DNA from: a bacterium | Lineage (GTDB): Bacteria; SZUA-182; DTGQ01; JAFGSM01 | Reading direction: 5' to 3' | DNA length: 64,000 nt | NCBI GenBank assembly: GCA_049472335.1 | Contig: JBLIRO010000006.1 | Span: 1 to 64,000 of the forward strand | Part shown: positions 42,053 to 52,400 of the stretch, piece by piece | Layout: each line of letters starts with the position of its first letter | How positions within the stretch are numbered: position 1 is the stretch's first letter | Translations under genes and position numbers: made by a program | Notes under the pieces: generated by a model | Told to the model about the DNA's origin: nothing | The model's database searches: none | What the model saw: only the letters and a program-made list of their open reading frames with translations

Positions 42053-43402
42053 ATGGGAAAATTATTTGGTACTGACGGAATAAGGGGAGTTGCCAATAAA
42101 TACCCGATGACTTCCGAAATGGCCTTGAAAATAGGGAAGGCCACCGCCTATTTTTTTAACAGGGAAGGACATATCCCCAGGATAATAATAGGGAAAGACA
42201 CCAGAATATCAGGGTATATGATCGAGAGCGCACTTGTGTCTGGGATCTGTTCCTTGGGGGTGAATGCCATCCTTGCAGGTCCGATGCCAACCCCGGGGAT
42301 TGCCTTTCTTACAGGCAGCATGAGAGCCGATGCCGGCATTATGATTTCTGCGTCCCATAATCCCTTTTATGACAATGGGATTAAGATCTTTTCCAGTAAG
42401 GGGATCAAATTGCAGGATGAAAAGGAATCAGAGATAGAGGACCTTATTTTTTCCGGATATCTTGAAGATTCGAACACCAGACCTGACAAACTGGGGAAGG
42501 TTTACAAGCTGGATGATGCCAGGGGAAGGTATATTGTATTTCTTAAAAACACCTTTCCTAAAGATTATGATCTGGAAGGCACAAAGGTCGTCCTGGACTG
42601 TGCCAATGGTGCGACCTACAAGGTGGCGCCTGAAACCTTTTCTGAGCTTGGAGCAGAGGTAACTACCCTTTTCCATGAGCCGGACGGTAAAAATATCAAT
42701 CAGGACTGTGGCTCCCAACACCCGGAAGCCCTGGCTGAAGAGGTGGTTAAGAAAAAGGCGCATGTTGGATTGGCCTTTGACGGGGACGGTGACAGGGTAA
42801 TTGCGGTTGATGAAAAAGGCGGGATCATAACCGGCGACCGGATTATGGCCATTTGCTCAAGATTTATGAAAAAAGAAAACGCACTTTCAAACAATCTGCT
42901 GGTCAGCACGGTTATGAGCAATATAGGACTGAGCATCGCTTTAAAAGAGCTTGGCATAGACCAGATAATCACCAAGGTTGGTGACCGGTATGTTCTGGAA
43001 AAGATGCTTGAAAAAGGGGCATCCATAGGTGGGGAGGATTCCGGGCATTTAATCTTCCTGAATCATCACACCACAGGAGACGGTATCCTGACCGCATTAC
43101 AGGTCCTCGCCGCAATGAAGAAGGAACGAAAACCATTATCTGAACTCGCCAGGGTGATGAAGGTATACCCTCAGATGCTCATAAATATTGATGTGAAGAA
43201 AAAACCAGACATCTCTTCCATTCCGGAGATCATGGACACAATCAACGCCGTGGAAGAGGAACTGGGCGACAAGGGAAGGGTGCTTGTCAGATATTCCGGA
43301 ACTCAGCCAATGTGTCGTGTTATGGTTGAAGGACCGACCCATGAGGAAACGGAAAAATATTGTAAAAAGATTGCTGAGGTGGTTCGTTCGAAGCTTAATT
43401 GA
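42053..43402 (+). CDS. glmM: Phosphoglucosamine mutase
   Basis: LFGTDGIRG, GKDTRISGY, ISASHNP, FDGDGDR, RYSGTQP.CRVMVEG. Confidence 0.95.
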   Translation: MGKLFGTDGIRGVANKYPMTSEMALKIGKATAYFFNREGHIPRIIIGKDTRISGYMIESALVSGICSLGVNAILAGPMPTPGIAFLTGSMRADAGIMISASHNPFYDNGIKIFSSKGIKLQDEKESEIEDLIFSGYLEDSNTRPDKLGKVYKLDDARGRYIVFLKNTFPKDYDLEGTKVVLDCANGATYKVAPETFSELGAEVTTLFHEPDGKNINQDCGSQHPEALAEEVVKKKAHVGLAFDGDGDRVIAVDEKGGIITGDRIMAICSRFMKKENALSNNLLVSTVMSNIGLSIALKELGIDQIITKVGDRYVLEKMLEKGASIGGEDSGHLIFLNHHTTGDGILTALQVLAAMKKERKPLSELARVMKVYPQMLINIDVKKKPDISSIPEIMDTINAVEEELGDKGRVLVRYSGTQPMCRVMVEGPTHEETEKYCKKIAEVVRSKLN

Positions 43403-43406
43403 TTTT

Positions 43407-44528
43407 TTATCTCAATCTGAGCAATTGCGAAAGACTTTCCACAGTTGCATTTATCTCTGTCGTTTGGTCATCTATAATGAATTTGCTGCTTATTATAAAG
43501 GATTTTATTTGCATCCTGACCAAAATTCCCTGTGTTACATCAAATACAATTATACCCTCGATTTTTCCTTTTGACTCCATTTTGCCTGATAAAACAGCTT
43601 TTGGCTGAACCATAAGCTCTTCTTTTCTTTTGTTCCGAAGTATACTCATGGGAACCGGTTTATCACAAGATGCCAGAGAGATTGCAGAGGCCAAATCCGA
43701 CCAGCCTTGAATATTCATATTGTCAAAGCTGCTGATTATATCGCCTCTTAAAACTCCCGCTTTTTCTGCGGGTGTTCCGGGTATGACCTCTGATACTACA
43801 ACTTTTTGCCCGTTCTCCCCCGGTTTCTCTGCCCATTTTACACCTATAATCTTGTCAATCACTACTTCCTGCTTCGGTTGATTAACATCCGCTTCAAAGG
43901 TTATCTTTGCCCAGTTATGTCCGTCAACATCTGCAAGGCCTATCAATTGATAATTGCATTCTCCACTCGCGATAGCTTGCGGGAGTGTTGGCGCAAAAGC
44001 AATGTTCACGACGCCTGTCCATGTTGAACCTATTTTCAATGGATTATCAGGAAACACAGGCAGAGATCTGATATCTATTAATCCCCTGATATCTTTCATT
44101 TGACCGGAAGGTGTTATAGAAAAGCTTCCCAATTCTGAAGAGGAGTGAAGCAGGAATTTAAACAACTCATATCCTGTTCCCCTGCTGCTGAATTCCTTTC
44201 CTTTTAAAACGATTCGTGCGGTTCCATCTTTTTTAACCTCTTCCACATGGTATTCAAGGGTCAGAGAATGATCCTGTTCAGTTGCCTTTTCTTCACCGGA
44301 TACCGTCGCTTTTTGTGTTTCACGGTAGACCGCCCTTGATCCTTTCGAAAATTTCCATTCGATGACAACATCTTCCCTGCTGTCTTCCTTCCATGTCAGG
44401 TTCTCCCATACCTGCTCATCCACTATGTATGAGCCCCTTTTCGTTGTCATACATGAACTGTTCGTGAATCCAACAATACAATATAACAGCAAAAACGGTA
44501 TTGAGAGTTTCAGCTTTAAATATTGCAT
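43407..44528 (-). CDS. Exported protein with an inserted PDZ domain
   Basis: IGV...VVSEVIPGTPAEKAGVLRGDII; hydrophobic N-terminus with Cys. Confidence 0.65.
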   Translation of the reverse strand: MQYLKLKLSIPFLLLYCIVGFTNSSCMTTKRGSYIVDEQVWENLTWKEDSREDVVIEWKFSKGSRAVYRETQKATVSGEEKATEQDHSLTLEYHVEEVKKDGTARIVLKGKEFSSRGTGYELFKFLLHSSSELGSFSITPSGQMKDIRGLIDIRSLPVFPDNPLKIGSTWTGVVNIAFAPTLPQAIASGECNYQLIGLADVDGHNWAKITFEADVNQPKQEVVIDKIIGVKWAEKPGENGQKVVVSEVIPGTPAEKAGVLRGDIISSFDNMNIQGWSDLASAISLASCDKPVPMSILRNKRKEELMVQPKAVLSGKMESKGKIEGIIVFDVTQGILVRMQIKSFIISSKFIIDDQTTEINATVESLSQLLRLR

Positions 44529-44612
44529 TTAAAGACCCCTTTTAAGATGTACAAGGCTTAAGATGGTTTTAAATCCCTCCTGTTTTTATTTATATTTCAC
44601 ACGTAACCATTA

Positions 44613-47600
44613 TTAGACAGCCTCTACTATCCTTTGGGCTATTACGGCCTCAGACTGGATCATCAGGAACTCAGGGTTGAATCCATCTAAAAGATTATCC
44701 TGCCAGGGCATATTCCACTCCGTGACTATATCGATAACTTCATTGTATTTCATTCCCATGGCACTGATTTTCTTGTCCAGGCTGAGATCCTCAAAAAAGT
44801 TTACATGAAGAACCAAAAGGTATTCCTCCCCGTCTTTTTTGCCGATTAAAGGGAAGATGATAATCTGTGCCTTGTCCCATAAGCCGAGCCCCATATAGAC
44901 CTCGCCTCTTTCAACAACCTTCCTTTTAGTCCCTCGCAAAGTATTATCATTATTTACCCTGGATGGCATGTTTTTCGTAATGCCATAACGTTCGATTATA
45001 CTTATCCGGGAATCCGCGGTAGGAGCACCGAATGGGTCCAGGCCCGTTACATGATAGAGGGTTGCACCCTTTACCTCCTCTACGGCTGGCTGTATCTGTT
45101 TTAGCCTGGAGATTATGGGAGGGCCCAGGTCTGATTGAGAAAAGCCCATTTGGGGGATAATATTAAAGATTGTCCCGGTCAGGGTTGCAGGCAGCCTGCT
45201 GGTGCCTACCGTAACTGTTTTTGCCTGGTGCTTGATGGCGTCTATGGGCCTAGACAACTGGTCAATCACCTCATCCACTACCTGGCAAAGCAGTATCAGA
45301 GGATCGCTGTGACTTGCCAAAGATCCGAAATGATTTGCCATTTCGTTCACCGGAATATGTCCCATGGCATATCGACCCGCAAGCGCCAGATTACATAATG
45401 TCTGCGGTCGGACTATGGAATCGAATCTGCCTTCTTGTTTTTTTTGCATTACAGACCTTTCAAATTCCTTTAATGACAAACGTATTTCACGGTCATAGAT
45501 CATATCCGGGCCCTCATTGCCCAGACCTGAAAGAAGTTCGATCCTTTTGTTGAACTGTATTTTAAATTCCTTGAAGAAATCTGCCTCTTCATTCATTGCC
45601 CTGGCAACATAGTAACCCCACAAATGACCTGCCAATGTATTGAGAATAGGTGAAAATCTCTCATTGATATCAGGCACAAAGAATAGGGCGTCAGCAAGCC
45701 CGTTAAAGCGATCTTCCCCCTCTGTGGCGATACATACAACCGTGGCCTGATGGGCCTTGAATATGGCAGTGTCCTTTATCACATCCCCCAGGACGGTTTC
45801 CCTGTTTCCTGCAGCACATATTATTATTAAAGGTTCTGCGGACAGATCAATGTGCTTTCTATCCTCCACCACATCCGCCGGCAATGTCTTATAACAAAGC
45901 TCGCTCAACTTGATCCTGATCTCATCAGCGGCCACTTTATTAGGTCCGCTTCCGACCACAGACCAATTCCTTTTTGAAAGGGCAATGGATCCGGCAGCGG
46001 ATTTTATTATATCCTTTTGCTCTTCTATTATTTTAGCCATGAGGTTTGGCAGATTCATAAGATCTCTTATCTCCGAGACAATATACCCTTCCGACTTTGT
46101 CCCCAGGATCTGGGCTATTCTTAGACCGAGCAAGCAACCCGCAACAATCTGGGAATAAAAGGCCTTTGTAGATGCCACGGACATTTCAATATCCCTGCCG
46201 TCACTCGTGTAAAATATTCCGTCTACTTTTGTAGTGATATCCGAATCCCGTCTGTTTACGATGGCCATGGTAAAAGCATCGCGGTTTCTAGCAAGATCGA
46301 CGGCTTTGTTCGTGTCAGTAGTTGTTCCGGATTGTGTAACAGCGAGTACCAGGGTATCCGACATGGAACGATCGAGGCCGAATCCGCTTAATTCGGATGC
46401 CTTGGTAGCGCATACGGATATGGAAGTCCTGGCGAGATATTCAGACATGAGCATGGCGATGCCTTGTGCCGCAACCCCTGCGGTCCCTTGTCCCATAAGG
46501 TATATGTTCCTGATCTTATCAGCTTTTAATGCATCAATAATACTGAGGGGCAATATCTCCTCTCCCAGGTTAAATCTGACGTGTCGGTCTCCTTCCCTCT
46601 TTATGATAGTTGCCTTGCCCCTGATTGTTTTACGAACGGATTCAGGCGCCTGGCTGATCTCTTTTAGAAAAAAGTGGGGGAAACCCTGCCTGTCTATGTC
46701 ACGCGTGGTAATCTGCGCCGACTTGATAAAGGATTCATTCAATGACAAAGGATGCCCGTCGTAAAACCAAGCGCTAAGTCCCTCCAGGCCTCCTTTGGTA
46801 TCGAGCATAAAGATTTGTCCCTGGGTTTTAGGATCGCCGGGCACCCTCTCTTTCTCCCCATCCAGTTTTATATAAAACATGGTCTTTTCCACAAGCCCAT
46901 ATACCTCAGAAGCTGCAATATAACAGTTGTTTGCAATGCCAATAAAAATGGCCTGTCCGCTTCCCCGCTGGGCAAGATAAATATGGTCTGGTTCCTTATC
47001 GGACTGAAGCGCTATGGCATGCGAACCTTCAAAATCAGACACGGCCATACGGAATGCCTCTTTTAATGAAAGGCCTTTCCTCAGATAATGTGTCACCCAT
47101 AGGGGTATAATTTTTGTATCCGTAGTGATGTGAGAGGGTATTTGGATGCCGTCCTCTTCCTCGATCCTTTGCTTCAGGTCCCGGTAGTTATCGATATCAC
47201 CGTTCAGTACGACATTTATCTGAGACTCCTTAGATTCATCAAAGCCTGACCGGTTGTCAAGAGGGTGGCAGTTGGCTTCTGTTATATCCCCAACGGATGC
47301 CCATCTCGTGTGAGCAATGGTTTGGGAAAAGATATCAGGCTGTGAAAGCGCCAACTTGAACAGATGATCCTCCGCAATCTCCTTTCTCAGGAATAATACG
47401 TTATCTCCTAGTCGGCCGAGTTCACGTGCCGTTTTAAAAATAAAAAAAAGGGCAGGGGAATTGGCCTTGATGGATTTATGAATCATGTCCTTTCTTAATT
47501 TTCGGTTACTATATTCCTCTGAAAGGCCTTCCTCTTGGACAATCTCCTCCCAAGCGCTCAATGCACCCTTATCAGGAAAACGGACCATAACCGAAACACC

Positions 47601-48299
47601 TGCAGAATCCCTTCCCCTTATCTCCAGACGATCGAGGTTATTAAGGATAACATTCACCTTTGTCATCTCATGGATCAGATCAGGAGAAATCTTGTTTCTA
47701 TCCTTTTCCAGCAAAGGATCGATTAGAGAGCGGACCTTTTCTAAATTGAGAAGAAGTTCCTTCTCAAGCCACCATATGCAGTCCCTGAGAAGTATCAAAC
47801 GAGTGTTTACAAGCTCGAGATCGGAGGAGGGTATTCTAAAACCTGACTGATCAAGTAAAGCTTCTTCCTCTGCCAGGAAAGAATGCATGTCCTGAACCTG
47901 GGCCTTAATGGCCTTCTGTGATTCCATGTCCTTAAAGATATATTTAAATACCTTTAAGTCCTTAAGGGAAATAATCGTATCTTTTAATTTATCGAGGCTC
48001 TCTTCGTCCTTAAGGTATTCATCCGCGCTTATCTTCTTTTTGGTTAACGACTTAAGCCTGTTGGATATTATTTCTGACCATATTTCTCTCACTTTTTTGA
48101 TATCGGACCGGTATGATTCAATATTATCTTTGTTTTTACTGGTTTTATATTCCAGTATGCCAATAAGACCACAGCAAAGACGATCTGAATTAAGAGGGAA
48201 AAGGATCAGGGTTTCCTCCGGCACAGAAGATGAAGCCCTGCCAAAATATATAGGCGTCTTTAAAAAAGACCTTATTTTAAGAAAAAAAGATAAGAACAC
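44613..48299 (-). CDS. Giant GlmS-like protein (class II glutamine amidotransferase + SIS domains + extra domains)
   Basis: CCGLIG, LEIRGRDSAG, AHTRWASVG, NCHP, NGDIDNY, TQSGTTTDT, VASTKAF, AKTVTVG. Confidence 0.8.
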   Translation of the reverse strand: MFLSFFLKIRSFLKTPIYFGRASSSVPEETLILFPLNSDRLCCGLIGILEYKTSKNKDNIESYRSDIKKVREIWSEIISNRLKSLTKKKISADEYLKDEESLDKLKDTIISLKDLKVFKYIFKDMESQKAIKAQVQDMHSFLAEEEALLDQSGFRIPSSDLELVNTRLILLRDCIWWLEKELLLNLEKVRSLIDPLLEKDRNKISPDLIHEMTKVNVILNNLDRLEIRGRDSAGVSVMVRFPDKGALSAWEEIVQEEGLSEEYSNRKLRKDMIHKSIKANSPALFFIFKTARELGRLGDNVLFLRKEIAEDHLFKLALSQPDIFSQTIAHTRWASVGDITEANCHPLDNRSGFDESKESQINVVLNGDIDNYRDLKQRIEEEDGIQIPSHITTDTKIIPLWVTHYLRKGLSLKEAFRMAVSDFEGSHAIALQSDKEPDHIYLAQRGSGQAIFIGIANNCYIAASEVYGLVEKTMFYIKLDGEKERVPGDPKTQGQIFMLDTKGGLEGLSAWFYDGHPLSLNESFIKSAQITTRDIDRQGFPHFFLKEISQAPESVRKTIRGKATIIKREGDRHVRFNLGEEILPLSIIDALKADKIRNIYLMGQGTAGVAAQGIAMLMSEYLARTSISVCATKASELSGFGLDRSMSDTLVLAVTQSGTTTDTNKAVDLARNRDAFTMAIVNRRDSDITTKVDGIFYTSDGRDIEMSVASTKAFYSQIVAGCLLGLRIAQILGTKSEGYIVSEIRDLMNLPNLMAKIIEEQKDIIKSAAGSIALSKRNWSVVGSGPNKVAADEIRIKLSELCYKTLPADVVEDRKHIDLSAEPLIIICAAGNRETVLGDVIKDTAIFKAHQATVVCIATEGEDRFNGLADALFFVPDINERFSPILNTLAGHLWGYYVARAMNEEADFFKEFKIQFNKRIELLSGLGNEGPDMIYDREIRLSLKEFERSVMQKKQEGRFDSIVRPQTLCNLALAGRYAMGHIPVNEMANHFGSLASHSDPLILLCQVVDEVIDQLSRPIDAIKHQAKTVTVGTSRLPATLTGTIFNIIPQMGFSQSDLGPPIISRLKQIQPAVEEVKGATLYHVTGLDPFGAPTADSRISIIERYGITKNMPSRVNNDNTLRGTKRKVVERGEVYMGLGLWDKAQIIIFPLIGKKDGEEYLLVLHVNFFEDLSLDKKISAMGMKYNEVIDIVTEWNMPWQDNLLDGFNPEFLMIQSEAVIAQRIVEAV

Positions 48300-48441
48300 A
48301 AAAAATTCTTTTGGAATATTTATTCTTTTGGTTGATTAATAAATTATAGAGAACTATAAATAACTAACAATTATTATATTATAAATTAATTGAATTATAT
48401 TATACATTAATTCTTACTATATGGCAAATAACCGGCAATTC

Positions 48442-48471
48442 TAATAAGTAAGCTTTGTAAACAACGTACCC
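48442..48471. repeat. Half copy of the 33461 inverted-repeat arm
   Basis: TAATAAGTAAGCTTTGTAAACAACGTACCC versus 33519-33548, 28/30 identical. Confidence 0.8.
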
Positions 48472-48489
48472 TTAATTGCTTTTAATTGC

Positions 48490-48909
48490 TTAAAGAACGA
48501 TTATATCTATAGATAATATTTCTGCAGGCTTTGATAATGACCTATCAGCTGTTATAATTCTTAAACCTTTCGAGAATGCTGCAGCTAAATGAAGAGCATC
48601 GAGGGTACTGAGAGCTGTATTAAATTGCCTTATCCATTCTCGGGCCAATCTATAGTGGTTTGATTCAATGGGGAGTTTAATATAAAAACCTTCATCCAAA
48701 TGAGAAAGGAATTTTTTTATAATTTGGACCGCATCGTTTTTCTTTATTCCTCCTTCTCGAACTTTCCTGGATATTGCCGAACATAGCTCAACTTCAACCA
48801 GATTGCTGATAACCGGCTGATCATTACCGAGAATATATTCTTCAACCTTTTCACTCAACGGCTCAGGACAATAATACGCAGCCAATACACTAGTATCGAC
48901 ATAGTACAT
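48490..48909 (-). CDS. vapC: VapC-family PIN toxin
   Basis: MYYVDTSVL, VEL.SA, LSTLDALHLAAA, ITAD. Confidence 0.88.
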   Translation of the reverse strand: MYYVDTSVLAAYYCPEPLSEKVEEYILGNDQPVISNLVEVELCSAISRKVREGGIKKNDAVQIIKKFLSHLDEGFYIKLPIESNHYRLAREWIRQFNTALSTLDALHLAAAFSKGLRIITADRSLSKPAEILSIDIIVL

Positions 48910-49142
48910 TAATAACGTTCCTTTTTTCTAGCCTTAATAACTGTATCACTCAGAGTATTTGTCTCTATATGTATTGAGGACCGAAATTTCTTTAATGAGG
49001 GTAATTTCTTAATATTGTCATTAGGGCTTATTATACGGGCGACTTCTTTTCCGTGCCGGGTAATAATCACTTCCTCTCCTTCTTCCACCCGGTCAAGAAG
49101 TGAACTCAATTTACTCCTTGCCTCTTTTACGTTTATCTTCAT
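48909..49142 (-). CDS. Phd/YefM-family antitoxin
   Basis: INVKEARSKLSSLLDRVEEGEEVIITRHGKEVARI; TAATG coupling to the toxin. Confidence 0.88.
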   Translation of the reverse strand: MKINVKEARSKLSSLLDRVEEGEEVIITRHGKEVARIISPNDNIKKLPSLKKFRSSIHIETNTLSDTVIKARKKERY

Positions 49143-49160
49143 ATGGACTTATCTCCTTTC

Positions 49161-49203
49161 AAAGTGTACATAATTAGTATACACCTTTAGGGAAATTTGT
49201 CAA
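49161..49203 (-). promoter_or_regulatory. TA promoter with overlapping palindromic operator
   Basis: TTGACA-16-TATACT on the minus strand; GTGTA..TACAC inverted repeat over the -10. Confidence 0.6.
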
Positions 49204-49411
49204 TAGTCATTCAAAACAAACCGATCAGATTTATTCATATTTCCGATAGTATTCAAGAGGGGTACTTGTATATATTTTCAGACTATTTAAGTAAAATTAT
49301 AAGGCTAATGAAAAGGCAGAATGGAAAGTAAATACAAAATACAATATGTCCCAATATTAAAGCAGAATTTTTTAAAAAGTATTAAAACCTATAGGAGGAT
49401 ACTGTATACTT

Positions 49412-52400
49412 ATGAAAACTTTGAAATACAGGATTATTGCCTGCCTTCTTGCAATTGGGATTATTGGTTCCTCTGCCTTGGCAAAGATGAGACCTTTAAC
49501 CGAGATGGAAGACCAGTTCGTAAAGCCGAATATTCTGGTAATTCTGGATACTTCCGGGAGCATGATGAGGGATACAACCGGAAATATCCTGAGCGCACCG
49601 GATACGAAAGGCAGAACACACGGGGATCACGCGGAAAGCCGTCTGAATATCGCGAAAGGGGTAATTACCAATGTCCTGGACGAAACCAGGGACCTGGCCA
49701 ACTTCGGCCTCATGTCATTCAAACAAACCCATTTTGGTTTAAACACCAACCAAAAAGGCTACTTCCCATATTATAAGGCTAGTACCGATTCCTCGACAAC
49801 AGAAACCATATACCTTCCAAAATATAAATTAGACCAGGCAAGATATACAGTCAGTGGTGTCCCCAACAAGAGAGCAAACTCCGGCCCACCAAACTTTACA
49901 CCAGTAAACTCATTTGTATACAATGGAATTACATACACCCTCAAATCCTCAAATAACAGCAAGTACAGAAGATGGTCCGTTGATCTTAAGGCCGACAGAT
50001 ACGCAGACCACAACCATAGCGGATACATTGCCACATTCCAGGACCCGGACCCGAATAATCCTCATACCTTTACATGGAAATATGAGGGAAGCTATTATGA
50101 ATACACTAAATATGGTTTCCATACAATGAGCCAACTTGCCCATGAGATTGATCATTATAATTGTATTTCAGGGAAAGTTGTGGCCTGGGTGAGAGTCCCG
50201 GTTCTTAATCATGATAAAGATACTATTATTTATATTTATTATGGAAATAGCAGTATAAGTGCTCCCACTGAAAATTCGAATCAAGTTTGGGATGAAAACT
50301 ACATGGCTGTCTGGCACCTTAGAGAAAAGGCAAATGGGAGTGGAAAGGAATATAAAGACAGTACATCTAACTATAATGATGGTAGAGGTGGTGGCGGAAC
50401 ACCAGCTCTTGTGCCCGAAATAACAAGCTCCGGGAAAATAGGTTATGCCCAGGATTTATATGGGGATGATTATATTGAATTCCCAGATAGTGCAAGTTTA
50501 AAATTGACCGATGCCATAACCCTTTCCGGATGGATTAATCTAAGAAATTTTGGATCGGGTGATGATGTCGATGTACTCATTCGTAGACGTAAAAATATTC
50601 CTCCTGACTACCAGCTCGTGTTTGACGATTCATACCCTCAATTTGTTTTAAATGGGGGGGATGATGATCCAATCATTGGCAGTACATATCTTTTCCCTAA
50701 TACATGGTATTATATCGTCGGCACCTGGAAATCTGGTGGATCGCGTACAGTTTACCTTAATGGTTCTTCAGATGGAACAGGATCATTCACTGGCCCTATA
50801 GAAATTCATAAGGGTAGTTTATACCTGGGTGGAATGGAAGAATTTGATTCTATTGACGGCCTGTTGGACGAGGTCCGCATCTCCAACGTTGAACGTTCGA
50901 CTGATTGGATCATGACCGAATACAACAACCAGAACTCACCATCGACCTTTTACAGCCTATCAAGTAGTTCACCGGATCCAGGCGATTTTGAGAGATATAT
51001 GAAGATAACCATTGATCATACAAAGGTCAGCGGCAACTCCGACCTGTACAACTTCCCTGTCCTTATCATTATACAAGACCCTGAATTAAGCACTTTAGGA
51101 TATGTAAACAGCACTAATGGCTATGACATTGTCTTTAAGCAAGATGCCATGGACAATTTATATCATTTTGATACATATTATGGCCAGGAATTCATTGCCG
51201 ACGGAACCGAAGACGAAGGCGGAGGCGCGAGTGCGCCGGTAGACCCTAATGATGTATTTGTTTATTATCCCGGCAAGGACGGAATAGACTTCAATTACGA
51301 CAGTGTTGCTGGCTGGACTGATTCCAACTATCCGGTAGGCGCTTTGGATAAATACGATCCTAACCGCGGCGGGATTCTCCTTGCACCTTTCTCATTCTCT
51401 ACAGACCAGTCCGTGCAGGATGAAAAGGTCAATGAAATCATACAATGGATGGAGCCTCAAAACCGAGGGGGATTGATTGCCGCTGGTTATACTCCTACGG
51501 GATCAACTCTTAAAAATACAGTATCTGACACCAATTACTATGATAACGCATACAGCTATTTTGTCAATGAGGTGATTCCCAATGATCCCGTATCATGCAG
51601 AAAGAATCTTATTCTATTCGTTACGGACGGGGAACCGAGTCCTATCTCTGAAAAAACGGACGCGGTCAATGCAGCTTCCACTCTTTATAATGATAAAGAT
51701 GTAACTGTTTATATGATAGGCTTCGGCTCAGATACCACCGGAAGCCCGACACTCGACAGTATTGCAAATGCCGGCGGGTGCCCGTTGAAGCCGGACGGCC
51801 ATTACGCATACTTTACCTCCGATCAAAGCTCGTTGGAGGAAGCCATAAAACAGATAGTTCTCGAGGCAGCGGCAGGGGATTATGTCACATCTGCCCCGAC
51901 AACGGGTACAGGCGCCAACAGCCGTATGGAAGGGAATATTGGATTGCTCTCCTCATGCGAGTTTCCTTATTGGAAAGGGCATATGGTTGCAACCGATCTT
52001 CTGGATAGCACCCAGTTATGGGACGCAGGCATTCAACTGGATGCCAACCATATTGTCTATAATGCTAGAAAAATATATACTTCCAATCTATCCACTTGCG
52101 CTATTGTTTCTTTCTTTGACTCGGGAAGCCCGAATGCGGCAGCCCTGTTCAGCCTCGGATTAGGAGCGAGTGAAAAAGAAGCCTCCGATATCATAGAATT
52201 TATCTCAGGCAAGGACAGGTTCTGGAGGCTGGCCGATATAACCAATTGCACACCTATAGTCGTAGGTACGCCATATGTACCCAATGAGCGTTCTTCGACC
52301 CCGGGACACGATCTCTTTGAGCTGAAGTATCAGAACAGAAACAAGGTCATATATACCGGGTCAAATGACTGCATGATTCACTGTTTTTCCATGTATGATG

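Noticed and set aside
49321..49776. 151-aa ORF overlapping the PilY1-like gene, and the many antisense/shadow ORFs in the track
   Set aside because: Overlap well-supported genes in other frames and show no independent motifs
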